Shown: positions 45,471 to 59,230, numbered from the stretch's first letter. The stretch is DNA of 64,000 bases from Phyllobates terribilis (GCF_046119375.1 NW_027362773.1:174530001-174594000), one strand, 5' to 3'. Made by a program: numbers and translations. Notes: generated by a model not told the origin, from the letters alone.

Positions 45471-46692
45471 TGTAGCACCCTGAGGATTCGGCTGCTACAG
45501 GGGTATTGCACCTCAACCCAGAGGTGTGATATTCCACTCCCGGGTAAGGATGGAGTGTGGAACTGAGCTCGGTAGGCTGCATGCACTACACACATCCCAT
45601 TTCCGAGGAGCAGACCGACGGTACTCCCACTTAGAAATGTGCAGGTACGACCGAGTCTGTTCCTGGCTGGAGTGGGAGGGGGGTGGTACATCCCAAGTAC
45701 TGTAGGGGCAGATAGGGGGAGCAGCCTGGGTAAAGATAGGAGCTCATTGGGTGCTGGTCACCTGAGCTCACACATAGAGGGTGTATATAAGGTGGGCACC
45801 ATCAAAGAACAGGGTCAGTCAGTCAGCCACAGTCAGTCAGTCTGTGAGTCTTTGCAGAGAAGTCAGAGGAAGAGCAGAGCAGAGAAGCCTGAGCCAGAGT
45901 GAGAGAGGAGAAAGCAAGAAAGACCCAGAGGGGGAAACAGAAAAGGAACTCTGAGAACCCAAAGTCCATCAGCGGGTGAAGAGTTGGCATCAGGGTACCG
46001 GAACCCAAGCTGGTGGGGGCAAAAACACACCCCAGCCAGAGACCGGAGGCCGTGGGCAGCGTTTGCCGCGGCCACCCACCACATCCACCACGAAGGCATA
46101 CCACGTGGAGGGTCAGGGAACCCAAGGCCAAGGGTCTCCCAACAGAAGGCCCGAGGGAGCTGGACCTGGGTGGATCAATAGTGGGGACGGCCAGTGAAAG
46201 GACAGAAGGAGAGCTCAGGGTCACGCTCCGGACTCGCTTGGGGGTTGGCTGGATCCAGGACCTGGTGGATGCAGCACGGCTCGGGAGGTCACTTGAAGCT
46301 GGAGTGACCGGAACATCAGCAGTGAGTAAATACCCTTAACTGCATAACCCGACTCTGTCTTCCTTTAACATCTATGCTGCACCACCACAACCCCCATCCT
46401 CTGCACCTGACCCCCTGAGGCTATACCCCACCCGTTGGGGGTTATACCATCAATAGCTGCACCAACACCATCAGCCTCAGCGGACCCTGCTGCAGCGGCG
46501 GCCATAGTGACCGCAATACAACGGGTGGCGTAGTCGACATTAAGAACTTAATAACATCTGTAGGACTGCCACATACAACTGAGTTTGACACCCTGGGCAC
46601 GGACCGGGTCACAGCCACTCGGAAGACTACAACCCCCATCTGATCCGGCTCCGGATATTCCCCCTAAAGAATATGGCCCAGGGGGCGCGTCA
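45471..46692 (+). repeat. 3' LTR of CSD element copy 2 (1222 bp)
   Basis: Direct repeat of 41802-43022, preceded by aggggggaa. Confidence 0.95.
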
Positions 46693-49600
46693 TATGTAGT
46701 TGAGGACAGAGAAGCCCCTGGAGGTGGATGTGGGGGGCACATACTTTCCTCCATATTAATGTCTATGTATGTAGTTGAGGACAGAGAAGCCCCCGGAAGT
46801 GGATGTGGGGGCACATACTTTTCTCCATATTAATGTCTATGGATGTAGATGAGGACAGAGAAGCCCCCGGAGGTGGATGTGGGGGGCACATACTTTTATC
46901 CATATTAATGTCTATGGATGTAGATGAGGACAGAGAAGCCTCCGGAAGTGGATGTGGGGGGCACATACTTTCCTCCATATTAATGTCTGTGGATGGAGGA
47001 CAGAGAAGCCTCCCAGAGGTGCATGTGGGGGGCACATACTTTCCTCCATATTAATGTCTATGGATGTAGATGAGGACAGAGAAGCCCCCGGAGGTGGATG
47101 TGGGGGGCACATACTTTCCTCCATATTAATGTTTATGGATGTAGATGAGGACAGAGAAGCCCCCGGAGGTGGATGTGGGGGGCACATACTTTTCTCTATA
47201 TTAATGTCTATGGATGTAGTTGAGGAAAGAGAAGCCCCCGGAGGTGGATGTGGGGGGCACATACTTTTCTCTATATTAATGTCTATGGATGTAGTTGAGG
47301 AAAGAGAAGCCCCTGGAGGTGGATGTGGGGGGCACATACTTTTCTCCATATTAATGTCTATAGATGTAGATGAGGACAGAGAAGCCCCCGGAGGTGGATG
47401 TGGGGGGCACATACTTTCTCCATATTAATGTCTATGGATGTAGATGACGACAGAGAAGCCCCCGGAGGTGGATGTGGGGGCACATACTTTTCTCCATATT
47501 AATGTCTATGGCTGTAGATGAGGACAGAGAAGCCCCTGGAGGTGGATGTGGGGGGCACATACTTTCCTCCATATTAATGTCTATGGATGTAGATGAGGAC
47601 AGAGAAGCCCCCGGAGGTGGATGTGGGGGGCACATACTTTTCTCCATATTAATGTCTATGGATGTAGATGAGGACAGAGAAGCCCCCGGAGGTGGATGTG
47701 GGGGGCACATACTTTTCTCCATATTAATGTCTATGGATGTAGATGAGGACAGAGAAGCCCCCGGAGGTGGATGTGGGGGCACATACTTTTCTCTATATTA
47801 ATGTCTATGGATCTAGATGAGGAAAGAGAAGCCCCCGGAGGTGGATGTGGGGGGCACATACTTTTCTCCATATTAATGTGTATGGATGTAGATGAGGACA
47901 GAGAAGCCCCTGGAGGTGGATGTGGGGGGCACATACTTTCCTCCATATTAATGTCTATGGATGTAGATGAGGACAGAGAAGCCCCCGGAGGTAGATGTGG
48001 GGGGCACATACTTTTCTCCATATTAATGTCTATGGATGTAGATGAGGACAGAGAAGCCCCTGGAGGTGGATGTGGGGGGCACATACTTTTCTCCATATTA
48101 ATGTCTATGGATGTAGATGAGGACAGAGAATCCCCTAGAGGTGGATGTGGGGGGCACATACTTTTCTCTATATTAATGTCTATGGATCTAGATGAGGACA
48201 GAGAAGCCCCTGGAGGTGGATGTGGGGGGCACATACTTTTCTCTATATTAATGTCTATGGATCTAGATGAGGACAGAGAAGCCCCTGGAGGTGCATGTGG
48301 GGGGCACATACTTTTCTCTATATTAATGTCTATGGATGTAGATGAGGACAGAGAAGCCCCCGGAGGTGGATGTGGGGGGCACATACTTTCCTCCATATTA
48401 ATGTCTATGGATGTAGATGAGGACAGAGAAGCCCCCGGAGGTGGATGTGGGGGGCACATACTTTTCTCTATATTAATGTCTATGGATCTAGATGAGGACA
48501 GAGAAGCCCCTGGAGGTGGATGTGGGGGGCACATACTTTTCTCTATATTAATGTCTATGGATCTAGATGAGGACAGAAAAGCCCCTGGAGGTGGATGTGG
48601 GGGGCACATACTTTTCTCTATATTAATGTCTATGGATCTAGATGAGGACAGAAAAGCCCCTGGAGGTGGATGTGGGGGGCACATACTTTCTCCATATTAA
48701 TGTCTATGGATGTAGGTGAGGACAGAGAAGCCCCCGGAGGTGGATGTGGGGGGCACATACTTTCCTCCATATTAATGTCTATGGATGTAGATGAGGACAG
48801 AGAAGCCCCCGGAGGTGGATGTGGGGGGCACATACTTTCCTCCACATTAATGTCTATGGATGTAGATGAGGACAGAGAAGCCCCCAGAGGTGCATGTGGG
48901 GGGCACATACTTTCCTCCATATTAATGTCTATGGATGTAGATGAGGACAGAGAAGCCCCCGGAGGTGGATGTGGGGGGCACATACTTTTCTCTATATTAA
49001 TGTCTATGGATCTAGATGAGGACAGAAAAGCCCCTGGAGGTGGATGTGGGGGGCACATACTTTTCTCTATATTAATGTCTATGGATCTAGATGAGGACAG
49101 AAAAGCCCCTGGAGGTGGATGTGGGGGGCACATACTTTCTCCATATTAATGTCTATGGATGTAGGTGAGGACAGAGAAGCCCCCGGAGGTGGATGTGGGG
49201 GGCACATACTTTCCTCCATATTAATGTCTATGGATGTAGATGAGGACAGAGAAGCCCCCGGAGGTGGATGTGGGGGGCACATACTTTTCTCTATATTAAT
49301 GTCTATGGATCTAGATGAGGACAGAGAAGCCCCTGGAGATGGATGTGGGGGGCACATACTTTTCTCTATATTAATGTCTATGGATCTAGATGAGGACAGA
49401 AAAGCCCCTGGAGGTGGATGTGGGGGGCACATACTTTCTCCATATTAATGTCTATGGATGTAGGTGAGGACAGAGAAGCCCCCGGAGGTGGATGTGGGGG
49501 GCACATACTTTCCTCCATATTAATGTCTATGGATGTAGATGAGGACAGAGAAGCCCCCGGAGGTGGATGTGGGGGGCACATACTTTCCTCCACATTAATG

Positions 49601-50116
49601 TCTATGGATGTAGATGAGGACAGAGAAGCCCCTGGAGGTGGATGTGGGGGGCACATACTTTCCTCCACATTAATGTCTATGGATGTAGATGAGGACAGAG
49701 AAGCCCCCAGAGGTGCATGTGGGGGGCACATACTTTCCTCCATATTAATGTCTATGGATGTAGATGAGGACAGAGAAGCCCCCGGAGGTGGATGTGGGGG
49801 GCACATACTTTTCTCTATATTAATGTCTATGGATCTAGATGAGGACAGAAAAGCCCCTGGAGGTGGATGTGGGGGGCACATACTTTTCTCTATATTAATG
49901 TCTATGGATGTAGATGAGGACAGAGAAACCCCTGGAGGTGGATGTGGGGGGCACATACTTTCCTCCATATTAATGTCTATGGATGTATATGAGGACAGAG
50001 AAGCCCCTGGAGGTGGATGTGGGGGGCACATACTTTTCTCTATATTAATGTCTATGCATGTACATGAGGACAGAGAAGCCCCTGGAGGTGGATGTGGGGG
50101 GCACATACTTTCTCCA
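46693..50116. repeat. 75-bp minisatellite, about 46 copies (gtagatgaggacagagaagcccccggaggtggatgtggggggcacatacttttctccatattaatgtctatggat)
   Basis: 25-residue periodicity in the ORF track; occasional 74-bp units. Confidence 0.97.
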
Positions 50117-53100
50117 TACAGAATAATGGCCCCCATATAACGCTCCATACAGAATACTGGCCCCCACATAATGCCCTGTGCAGGATGTCACCCCCCATAT
50201 AATGCCCCTTGCAAGATGTCACCCCCCTTATAATGCCCTATGCTGGATGTCATCCCCCCATATAATGCCCCATGAAGGATGTCACCTCTCCCCCCCATAT
50301 AATGCCCCATGCAGGATGACACCTCTCCCCCCATATAATGCCCCATGCAGGATGTCACCCCCCCATATTATGCCCCATGCAGGATGTCACCCCCCATATA
50401 ATGCCCCATGCAGGATGTAACCTCTCCCCCCATATAATGCCCCATGCAGGATGTCACCCCCCCCATATATTGCCCCATGCAGGATGTCACCCCCCCATAT
50501 ATTGCCTCATGCAGGATGTTATCCCCCCATATAATGCCCCATGAAGGATGTCACCTCTCCCCCCCATATAATGCCCCATGCAGGATGACACCTCTCCCCC
50601 CATATAATGCCCCATGCAGGATGTCACCCCCCCATATTATGCCCCATGCAGGATGTCACCCCCCATATAATGCCCCATGCAGGATGTAACCTCTCCCCCC
50701 ATATAATGCCCCATGGAGGATGTCACCCCCCCCATATATTGCCACATGCAGGATGTCATCCCCCCATATTAAGCCCCATGTAGGATGTCATCCCCCCATA
50801 TAATGCCTCATGCAGGATGTCACCTCTCCCGCCCATATAATGCCCCATGCAGGATGTCACCTCTCCCCCATATAAAGCCCCATGCAGGATGTCACCCCCC
50901 ATATAATGCCCCATGCAGAATGTCAAGTCTCCCCCCATATAATGCCCCATGCAGGATGTCAACTCTCCCCCTATGTAATGCCCAATGCAGGATGTCACTC
51001 CCCCAATATAATGCCCCATGCAGGATGTCATCCCCCCATATAATGCCCCATGCAGGATGTCACCTCTCCCCCCATATAATGCCCCATGCAGGATGTCACC
51101 TCACCCCCCATATAATGCCCCATGCAGGATGTCACCCCTCCCCCCCATATAATGCCCCATGCAGGATGTCACCCCACCCCATATAATGCCCCATGCAGGA
51201 TGTCACCTCTCCCCCCATAAAATGCCCCATGCAGGATGTCACCTCTCCCCCCATATAATGCCCCATGCAGGATGTCACCTCTCCCCCCATATAATGCCCG
51301 ATGCAGGATGTCACCTCCCCCCCATATAATGCCGCATGCAGGATGTCACCTCTCCACCCATATAATGCCCCATGCAGGATGTCATCCCCCCATATAATGC
51401 CCCATGCAGGATGTCACCTCTCCCCCCCATATAATGCCCCATGCAGGATGTCACCTCTCCCCCCCATATAATGCCCCATGCAGGATGTCACTGCCCCCCC
51501 ATATAATGCCCCATGCAGGATGTCACCTCCCCCCATATAATGCCCCATGCAGGATGTCACCTCCCCCCCATACGATGCCCCATGCAGGATGTCACCTCTC
51601 CCCCCATATAATGCCCCAAGCAGGATGTCACCTCCACCCCCATATAATGCCCCATGCAGGATGACACCTCTCTCCCCCATATAATGCCGCATGCAGGATG
51701 TCACCTCCACCCCCATATAATGTCCCATGCAGGATGTCACCTCTCTCCCCCATATAATGCACTATGCAGGATGTCACCTCTCCCCCAATATAATGCCCCA
51801 TGCAGGATGTCATACCCCCATATAATGCCCCATGCATGATGTCACCCCCCATATAATGCCCCATGCAGGATGTCACCCCCCCATATAATGCCCCATGCAG
51901 GATGTCACCTCTCCCACCATATAATGCCCCATGCAGGATGTCACCCCACCCATATAATGCCCCATGCAGGATGTCACCCCCCCCCCATATAATGCCCCAT
52001 GCAGGATGTCTCCTCTCCCCCCATATAATGCCCCATGCAGGATGTCACCTCTCCCCCCATATAATGCCCCATGCAGGATGTCACCTCTCCCCCCATATAA
52101 TGACCCATGCAGGATGTCATCCCCCATATAATGCCCCATGCAGGATGTCACCCCCCCATATAATGCCCCATGCAGGGTGTCACCCCCCCATATAATGCCC
52201 CATGCAGGATGTCACCCCCCCATATAATGTCCCATGCAGGATGTCACCTCTCCCCCATATAATGCACCATCCAGGATGTCACCTCTCCCCCCATATAATG
52301 CCCCATGCAGGATGTCACCTCTCCCCTCCATATAATGCCCCATGCAGGATGTCACCCCCATATAATGCTCCAAGCAGGATGTCACCCCCCATATAATGCT
52401 CCAAGCAGGATGTCTCCCCCCATATAATGCCCCATGCAGGATGTCACCTCTCCCCCCATATAATGCCCCATGCAGGATGTCACCTCCCCCCCATATAATG
52501 CCCCATGCAGGATGTCACCTCTCCCCCCATATAATGCCCCATTCAGGATGTCACCTCTCCCCCTATATAATGCCCCATGCAGGATGTCACTCCCCCCATA
52601 TAATGCCCCATGCAAGATGTCATCCCCCCATATTATGCCCCATGCAGGATGTCATCCCCCCCATATAATGTCCCATGCAGGATGTCACCTCTCCCCCCAT
52701 ATAATGCCCCATGCAGGATGTCACCTCTCCTGCATATAATGCCCCATGCAGGATGTCACCCCCCCATATAATGCCCCATGCAGGATGTCACCACTCCCCC
52801 CCATATAATGCCCCATGCAGGATGTCACCTCTTCCCCCACATAATGCCCCATGCAGGATGTCACCTCTCCCCCCATATAATGCCCCATGAAGGATGTCAC
52901 CTCTCCCCCCATATAATGCCCCATGCAGGATGTCATCCCCCCATATTATGCCCCATGCAGGATGTCACCTCTCCCCCCATATAATGCCCTAATGCAGGAT
53001 GTCACCTCTCCCCCCATATAATGCCCCATGCAGGATGTCACTCCCCCCATATAATGCCCCATGCAGGATGTCATCCCCCCATATTATGCCCCATGCAGGA

Positions 53101-54001
53101 TGTCATCCCCCCATATAATGCCCCATGCAGGATCTCACCTCTCCCCCCATATAATGCCCCATGCAGGATGTCACCTCTCTCCCCCATATAATGCCCCATG
53201 CAGGATGTCACCTCTCCCTCCCATATAATGCCCCATGCAGGATGTCACCTCCCCCCCATATAATGCCCCATGCAGGATGTCACCTCTCCCCCATATAATG
53301 CCCCATGCAGGATGTCACCTCCCCCCCATATAATGCCCCATGCAGTATGTCACCTCTCTCCCCCATATAATGCCCCATGCAGGATGTCACGCACCCCATA
53401 AAATACCCCATGCAGGATGTCACCCCCCCATGTAATGCCCCATGCAGGATGTCACCCCCCCATATAATGCCCCATGCAGGATGTCACCTCTTCCCCCATA
53501 TAATGCCCCATGCAGGATGTCACCTCTCTCCCCCATATAATGCCCCATGCAAGATGTCACCTCTCCCTCCCATATAATGCCCCATGCAGGATGTCACCTC
53601 TCCCCCCATATAATGCCCCATGCATGATGTCACCTCTCCCCCCATATAATGCCTCATGCAGGATGTCACCTCTTCCCCCATATAATGCCCCATGCAGGAT
53701 TTCACCCCCCATATAATACGCCATGCAGGATGTCACCTCTCCCCCATATAATGCCCCATGCAGGATGTCATCCCCCCATATAATGCCCCATGCAGGATGT
53801 CACCTCTCCCCCCATATAATGCCCCATGCAGGATGTCACCCCCCAATATAATGCCCCCTGCAGGATGTCACCCCCCCATATAATGCCCCATGCAGGATGT
53901 CACCCCCCCCATATAATGCCCCATGCAGGATGTCACCTCTCTCCCCCCATATAATTCCCCATGCAGGATGTCACCTCCCCCCCCATATAATGCCCCATGC
54001 C
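50117..54001. repeat. Variable-length (~31-38 bp) minisatellite (ccccatataatgccccatgcaggatgtcacc[tctcc])
   Basis: Read directly; unit length varies with the C-runs and an optional tctcc. Confidence 0.95.
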
Positions 54002-55311
54002 TCCATACATTAAAAAAACAAACCAAAATCCAATACTCACCTCACTCCTCCTCACCTGTTGCCGCTGCTCCGGTCCGGACTCCAGCGTCGCCGGCGGCGT
54101 CCCGCTCTACGCTTCCTGTGGCTCAGGGAAGGGGGCGGTGGAAAGACGTCACCTCTGACCTGAGACGTCACAGGGAGCGCACAGCAGGAAGACTGTGGAT
54201 ATGCGGAGGCACCGAGAGAGGTTAGTATCCGGCTGCTGGGGCCCTGAGCAAGCGGGGGAGAAGAGTGGGCGCTGGCACCGCTCTCCTCCGCCCATAGCCC
54301 GGCAGGGTGCCCGACCGCGAGTGGGCCCCCCGCCTGATCAGAGCCCCGACACTTGCCCGGGTGCGCCTGGTTCTGACGCCAGCCCTGGCCCCTATGCACA
54401 CAGATGATGTATGCTGCGCACGTCTGTCGTGGGGGGGTGTAGGAGCTCTGGTGGTCTGTAGACGGGAGATAAATCCGTAGTCTTCCTATAAAGCTCTGTG
54501 TGTTTTTATGATGGGCAGCACCAGACTCCAGACGTTTGGAGGGCTCTCCTCTCCCCGCTCCTCTGGATATCATCCTCACAGCGGGGGGCTCCAGCCTCAT
54601 ACTGGGGCAACTTTTAACGTTAAGTTTAGACTGATTCATTTTGTAGAGGATATTTAAGTTTTTTTAAGTAAAAAATAAGTGGAGCCGACGCAGAAAGTAA
54701 TTGGAGCCGACATAAAGCAAAACGCTGAATTCTATCCGGAGCGAGAACCTCAGCACAACATTCTGTTTCTGGCCTCAGAGCTCGGGTCACATCAGAGAAC
54801 TGGACCGAAAAGTTCTGTAACTTTCTAACAACTTTTATGCTTCACTTCCTCACTCTTCTGCTTGCTGGTTGTATCCAAAGGCTAAAAACTCATTGTGACC
54901 TGGCCCTGCTCAATGGGCTGATGTTTTGTTACATTGTTTCAGTGCAGAGAATCTAACAATTCCCTGCTGTACAGATGACATCAGCAGTGATACTTTGTAC
55001 CTGGCTGTGAGAGATTTGTCCTCCAGGCTGTGTCTGCTACAGGTGTCCAATCCCCTATAAATGCTGCTCCAGCCATAATGTGGGGGCCACGCAGGTGTAC
55101 AGAGGGGCCAGTCCCATGTGTTTGCACAAACCCAAAGTCCTGGTCAGGATCCTGGTCAGGAGTTTCCAAAATTCATCCTCCTCCTGCTCCTCCTCTTGTA
55201 AGAGATGGTGGGTGAGGCTCCACGCTCTGGTGGTTTCTTCCTCGCTATTGTCGCTTCAACAAACTTTATATAAGTCAACAGTACAAGTGATTAAAAAACT
55301 CTGTAATGTAA

Positions 55312-56810
55312 ATTATTATTATCATTTATATTTTAGTGCCATTTATTCCATGGCACTTTACATGTGATCGGGGTATACATAGCGAGCAACAAGTACAACA
55401 ATCTTAGACAATAGAAGTCACTGCTTGGTCCAGGAGGAGCGAGGACCCTGCCCGCGAGGGCTCACAATCTACAAGGGATGGGTGAGGATACAGTAGGTGA
55501 GGGTAGAGCTGGTCGGGCAGCGGTATGGTGGAGCGAGGACCCTGCCCGCGAGGGCTCACAGTCTACAAGGGATGGGTGAGGATACAGTAGGTGAGGGTAG
55601 AGCTGGTCGTGCAGCGGTATGGTGGAGCGAGGACCCTACCCGCGAGGGCTCACAGTCTACAGGGGATGGGTGAGGATACAGTAGGTGAGGGTAGAGCTGG
55701 TCGTGCAGCGGTATGATGGAGTGAGGACCCTGCCCGCGAGGGCTTACAGTCTACAAGGGATGGGTGAGGATACAGTAGGTGAGGGTAGAGCTGGTCGTGG
55801 AGCGGTATGGTGGAGCGAGGACCCTGCCCGCGAGGGCTTACAGTCTACAAGGGATGGGTGAGGATACAGTAGGTGAGGGTAGAGCTGGTCGTGCAGCGGT
55901 ATGGTGGAGTGAGGACCCTGCCCACGAGGGCTCACAGTCTACAGGGGATGGGTGAGGATACAGTAGGTGAGGGTAGAGCTGGTCGTGCAGCGGTATGGTG
56001 GAGCGAGGACCCTGCCTGCGAGGGCTCACAGTCTACAAGGGATGGGTGAGGATACAGTAGGTGAGGGTAGAGCTGGTCGTGCGGCGGTATGGTGGAGAGA
56101 GGGTTACTGCAGGTTGTAGGCTTGTCGGAAGAGGTGGGTCTTCAGGTTCCTTTTGAAGGTTTCCATGGTAGGCGAGAGTCTGATACGTTGGGGTAGAGAG
56201 TTCCAGAATAGGGGGGATGCACGGGAGAAATCTTGTATGCGATTGTGGGAGGAGGAGATAAGAGGGGAGTAGAGAAGGAGATCTTGTGAGGATCGGAGGC
56301 TGCATGCAGGTAAGTACCGGGAGACTAGGTCACAGATATATGGAGCAGACAGGTTGTGGATGGCTTTGTATGCCATGGTTGGGGTTTTGAACTGGAGTCT
56401 TTGGGCAATGAGGAGCCAGTGAAGGGATTGACAGAGAGGAGAGGCCGGGGAATAGCGGGGGGACAGGTGGATTAGTCGGGCAGCAGAGTTTAGGATAGAT
56501 TGGAGGGTGCGAGAGTGTTAGAGGGGAGGCCACAGAGCAGGAGGTTGCAGTAGTTGAGGCGGGAGATGATGAGGGCATGCACTAGTGTTTTTGCAGATTC
56601 GTGGTTGAGGAATGTGCGGATCCGGGAGATATTTTTGAGTTGGGGTCGACAGGAGGTGGAAAGGGCTTGGATATGTGGTGTGAAGGAGAGATCAGAGTCC
56701 AGGGTTACCCCGAGGCAGCGAGCTTGCGGGACAGGGGAGAGTGGGCAGCCATTGACTATGATGGATAGGTCAGATGGGGGGCTGAGTGAGGTGGGGGAAA
56801 GATGATGAAT
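55312..56810 (-). mobile_element. 5'-truncated L2 LINE with a tandemly expanded 3' UTR
   Basis: Minus-strand peptides YKAIHNLSAPYICDL...FSRASPLFWNSLP...FKRNLKTHLF and LNYCNLLL; tail tgtaaagtgccatggaataaatggcac...aataataat. Confidence 0.88.
55437..56097. repeat. 94-bp tandem repeat (about 7 copies) made of L2 3' UTR
   Basis: gcgaggaccc at 55439, 55533 and onward; the unit includes the L2 motif tagactgtgagccc...gcagggtcctc on the minus strand. Confidence 0.93.
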
Positions 56811-57120
56811 TCTCTTTTATCAGAGAAATCTGCTTCTTTCTCCACTTATGAGCCCCTTCATCTACTCCCGACTCCTGAACTCATCATTCACACTGAAAAA
56901 CTGCTAAAATCTGTCCTGCTGAAGACAAGATGGTCTGCCAAAAGAGGGATGGAGGGCAGAGCAGAGTGAAAGAGAAGCAAATATGCAAACAGAGATCGTG
57001 CTGCTGCTTTCTAGTAACTGTTTATCTCACTTCAGATCTGGATTGACAGCTACACCGCTCAGTGCTGCTGTATAATGCTTTGTATGCTGTAGCTTCTGGT
57101 AAGTGATTTATCTCTAGTAA

Positions 57121-59230
57121 AGCCCCCGTCACATTAAGCGAGATCGCTAGTGAGATCGCTGCTGAGTCACAAGTTTTGTGACGCAACAGCGACCTCAGCG
57201 GCGATCTGAGACACGTAGCAGTGACCAGGCCCCCGCTGTGAGATCGCTGGTCGTGTCAGAACGGCCTGGACCATTTTTTGATCGTCGAGGTCCAGCTGGG
57301 TAGCATGCATCGGTGCGTTTGACATCTTACCAACGACCTAGTTGGCGACTCAGAACTGAGACACATAGGCGTGCATTTGCGTTGCCTTTTCCGCGCCCCC
57401 CCTCAGCTCCGATTGGTGGTCGCTACTGCGTTCTGATTGGCGGCCTTAAGAAGGCAACATAGTAGCGCTTCCGTCCTTTGTTCCAGGTTTGCAGATCGTA
57501 GTAGAGTTCTCCGGGCTGCGACTCCACATCGATTTATCTGTTCTTCAGCGGTTCTTCTGACACTCCGCCTGCGGTAGGTATCATTTGGGGTCTTAAATGC
57601 GCTTCCATTTTTACTTGATTTATAGGACACCTACCAATTATCTGCTATCATTGCTCTGGAGGGAGGGAGGGCTTGGCTTCTATCTGTGTACATATGCTTT
57701 TGCATGGGCCGCCATTATAGGGGGTCTCGTGTGCACACACCCATACAGCACGTTTTCTGGCACGCGCGCTAACGGAATGGAATGCAGTTTTCCATGACCT
57801 TTCGCATGTACCGTTTTAATGATTGCTTTATTGTTTTGTTGAAACTTTTCTCATCTTTTGATTTTATTATTTTTTTCATGAACCATGCGCAGCGTGCTGT
57901 TGTGTTTGCTGCATTGCTGGTTGAGGAAGCTCGTCGTGAAGATAGATGAGGCACGGGAGCTAGAGAGGCGTTCCAAACGAAAGCGTCGCATGTGGACCAG
58001 AGAGTGGCTGCAGAAGAGGTCCGATTTGTCCCACATGCAACTTGTAAGAGAGCTTCAGGAGAAGAATCCTCATGATTTCCGCAACTATCTGCGGATGTCA
58101 GAGGAATCCTTCATACATTTACTGGAAAGAATTACGCCACGTATTCAACGGAAGGATACAGCGATGCGTGCTGCCATCCCGGCAGATGAAAGATTGGCAG
58201 TCACGCTGCGATTCCTGGCCACCGGACGCTCGCTGCAAGACTTGCATTTTTCTGCAGCCATTTCAAGGCCCCTGCTCAGCGTTCTAATCCCGGAGACATG
58301 TAATGCCATTTTCCACAGTCTACGTAGCTACATGCAGTTTCCCAACACGGAGGAGGAATGGAAAAAGATTGCCTCCGATTTTGAGCAGCTTTGGCAGTTC
58401 TCTAACTGTGGTGGGGCTTTGGACGGGAAACATGTCCGGATCACTCAACCACCGAACAGCGGATCCTATTTCTTGAATTATAAGGGCTATTTCAGCCCTT
58501 GTTAACGCCAATTACGAATTTATAAATGTAGATGTTGGCATGAACGGAAGGGTTTCCGATGGTGGTGTTTTAGAGCACACACTTTTTGGAGAGCGTTTGA
58601 ACAACCGTGACCTTCACTTGCCTCCCAACTCTGACACTAGAGGCAACCTTCATTTTGTTTTTTGTCGGTGATGAGGCCTTCCCGCTTCATCCCAATCTTA
58701 TCAAACCGTTCCCCCGAAAAAGTCTGACGGAGGAAAGAAGAATTTTCAATTACCGCTTGTCAAGGGCACGTCGGGTTGTAGAAAATGCCTTCGGTATCAT
58801 GGCCAACCGCTTCAGAGTTTTCCACACGCCTATTAACATGAAGCTTGAATCAATAGACTCTGTTGTTTTGGCTTGGTGCACGCTTCCCAACTTCCTTCGC
58901 CGGCGCGATGCTTTGGCGTACCGTCCGCCTGGCTTCGTGGACTCTGTGGAGCTAACAAATGGGGAAGTGGAGCTCGGTGAATGGCGCGCAAACAATCCCG
59001 CAATTGCAGGCCTTCAACCATTGGGACCCGGCAGAAACACCCACGATGCGAAGACCTCCCGAGACAACTGCTGCCAATATTTTAATGGTCCTGGTGCTGT
59101 TCCTTGGCAGCATCAGAACTTATAGTGGGCTACTACTCACATTTATACACTACTTTCATTTTTGTACTGATTTGTCTAATAAACTGTGTGTTTTACTTTG
59201 CAAAAGCTTTGTTTCTCATTCTTTCAGTAG
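57121..59230 (+). mobile_element. PIF/Harbinger DNA transposon remnant (left TIR-like end plus transposase; right TIR not found)
   Basis: taa|agcccccgtcaca at 57118-57133 followed by a palindromic subterminal region and a DDE transposase; the right boundary is approximate. Confidence 0.65.
57885..59125 (+). pseudogene. Harbinger (HARBI1/ALP1-like DDE) transposase with two frameshifts
   Basis: ERLAVTLRFLATG, GALDGKHV, NYKGYFS, then VDVGMNGRVSDGGV, then VGDEAFPL...FNYRLSRARRVVENAFG. Confidence 0.9.

Larger units (their letters stand above)
41802..46692 (+). mobile_element. Complete non-autonomous LTR element encoding a cold-shock-domain protein (copy 2, 4891 bp)
   Basis: LTRs 41802-43022 and 45471-46692, TSD tatg (41798-41801, 46693-46696), tRNA-Ser PBS 43027-43044, PPT 45462-45470, single long ORF, no gag/PR/RT/IN motifs. 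Confidence 0.93.

Noticed and set aside
46763-50169. Many ORFs with 25-aa periodicity
   Set aside because: Produced by the 75-bp satellite; open on both strands and broken by 74-bp units.
50178-54225. Pro/Cys/His-rich short ORFs
   Set aside because: Variable-length satellite with constant frame changes.
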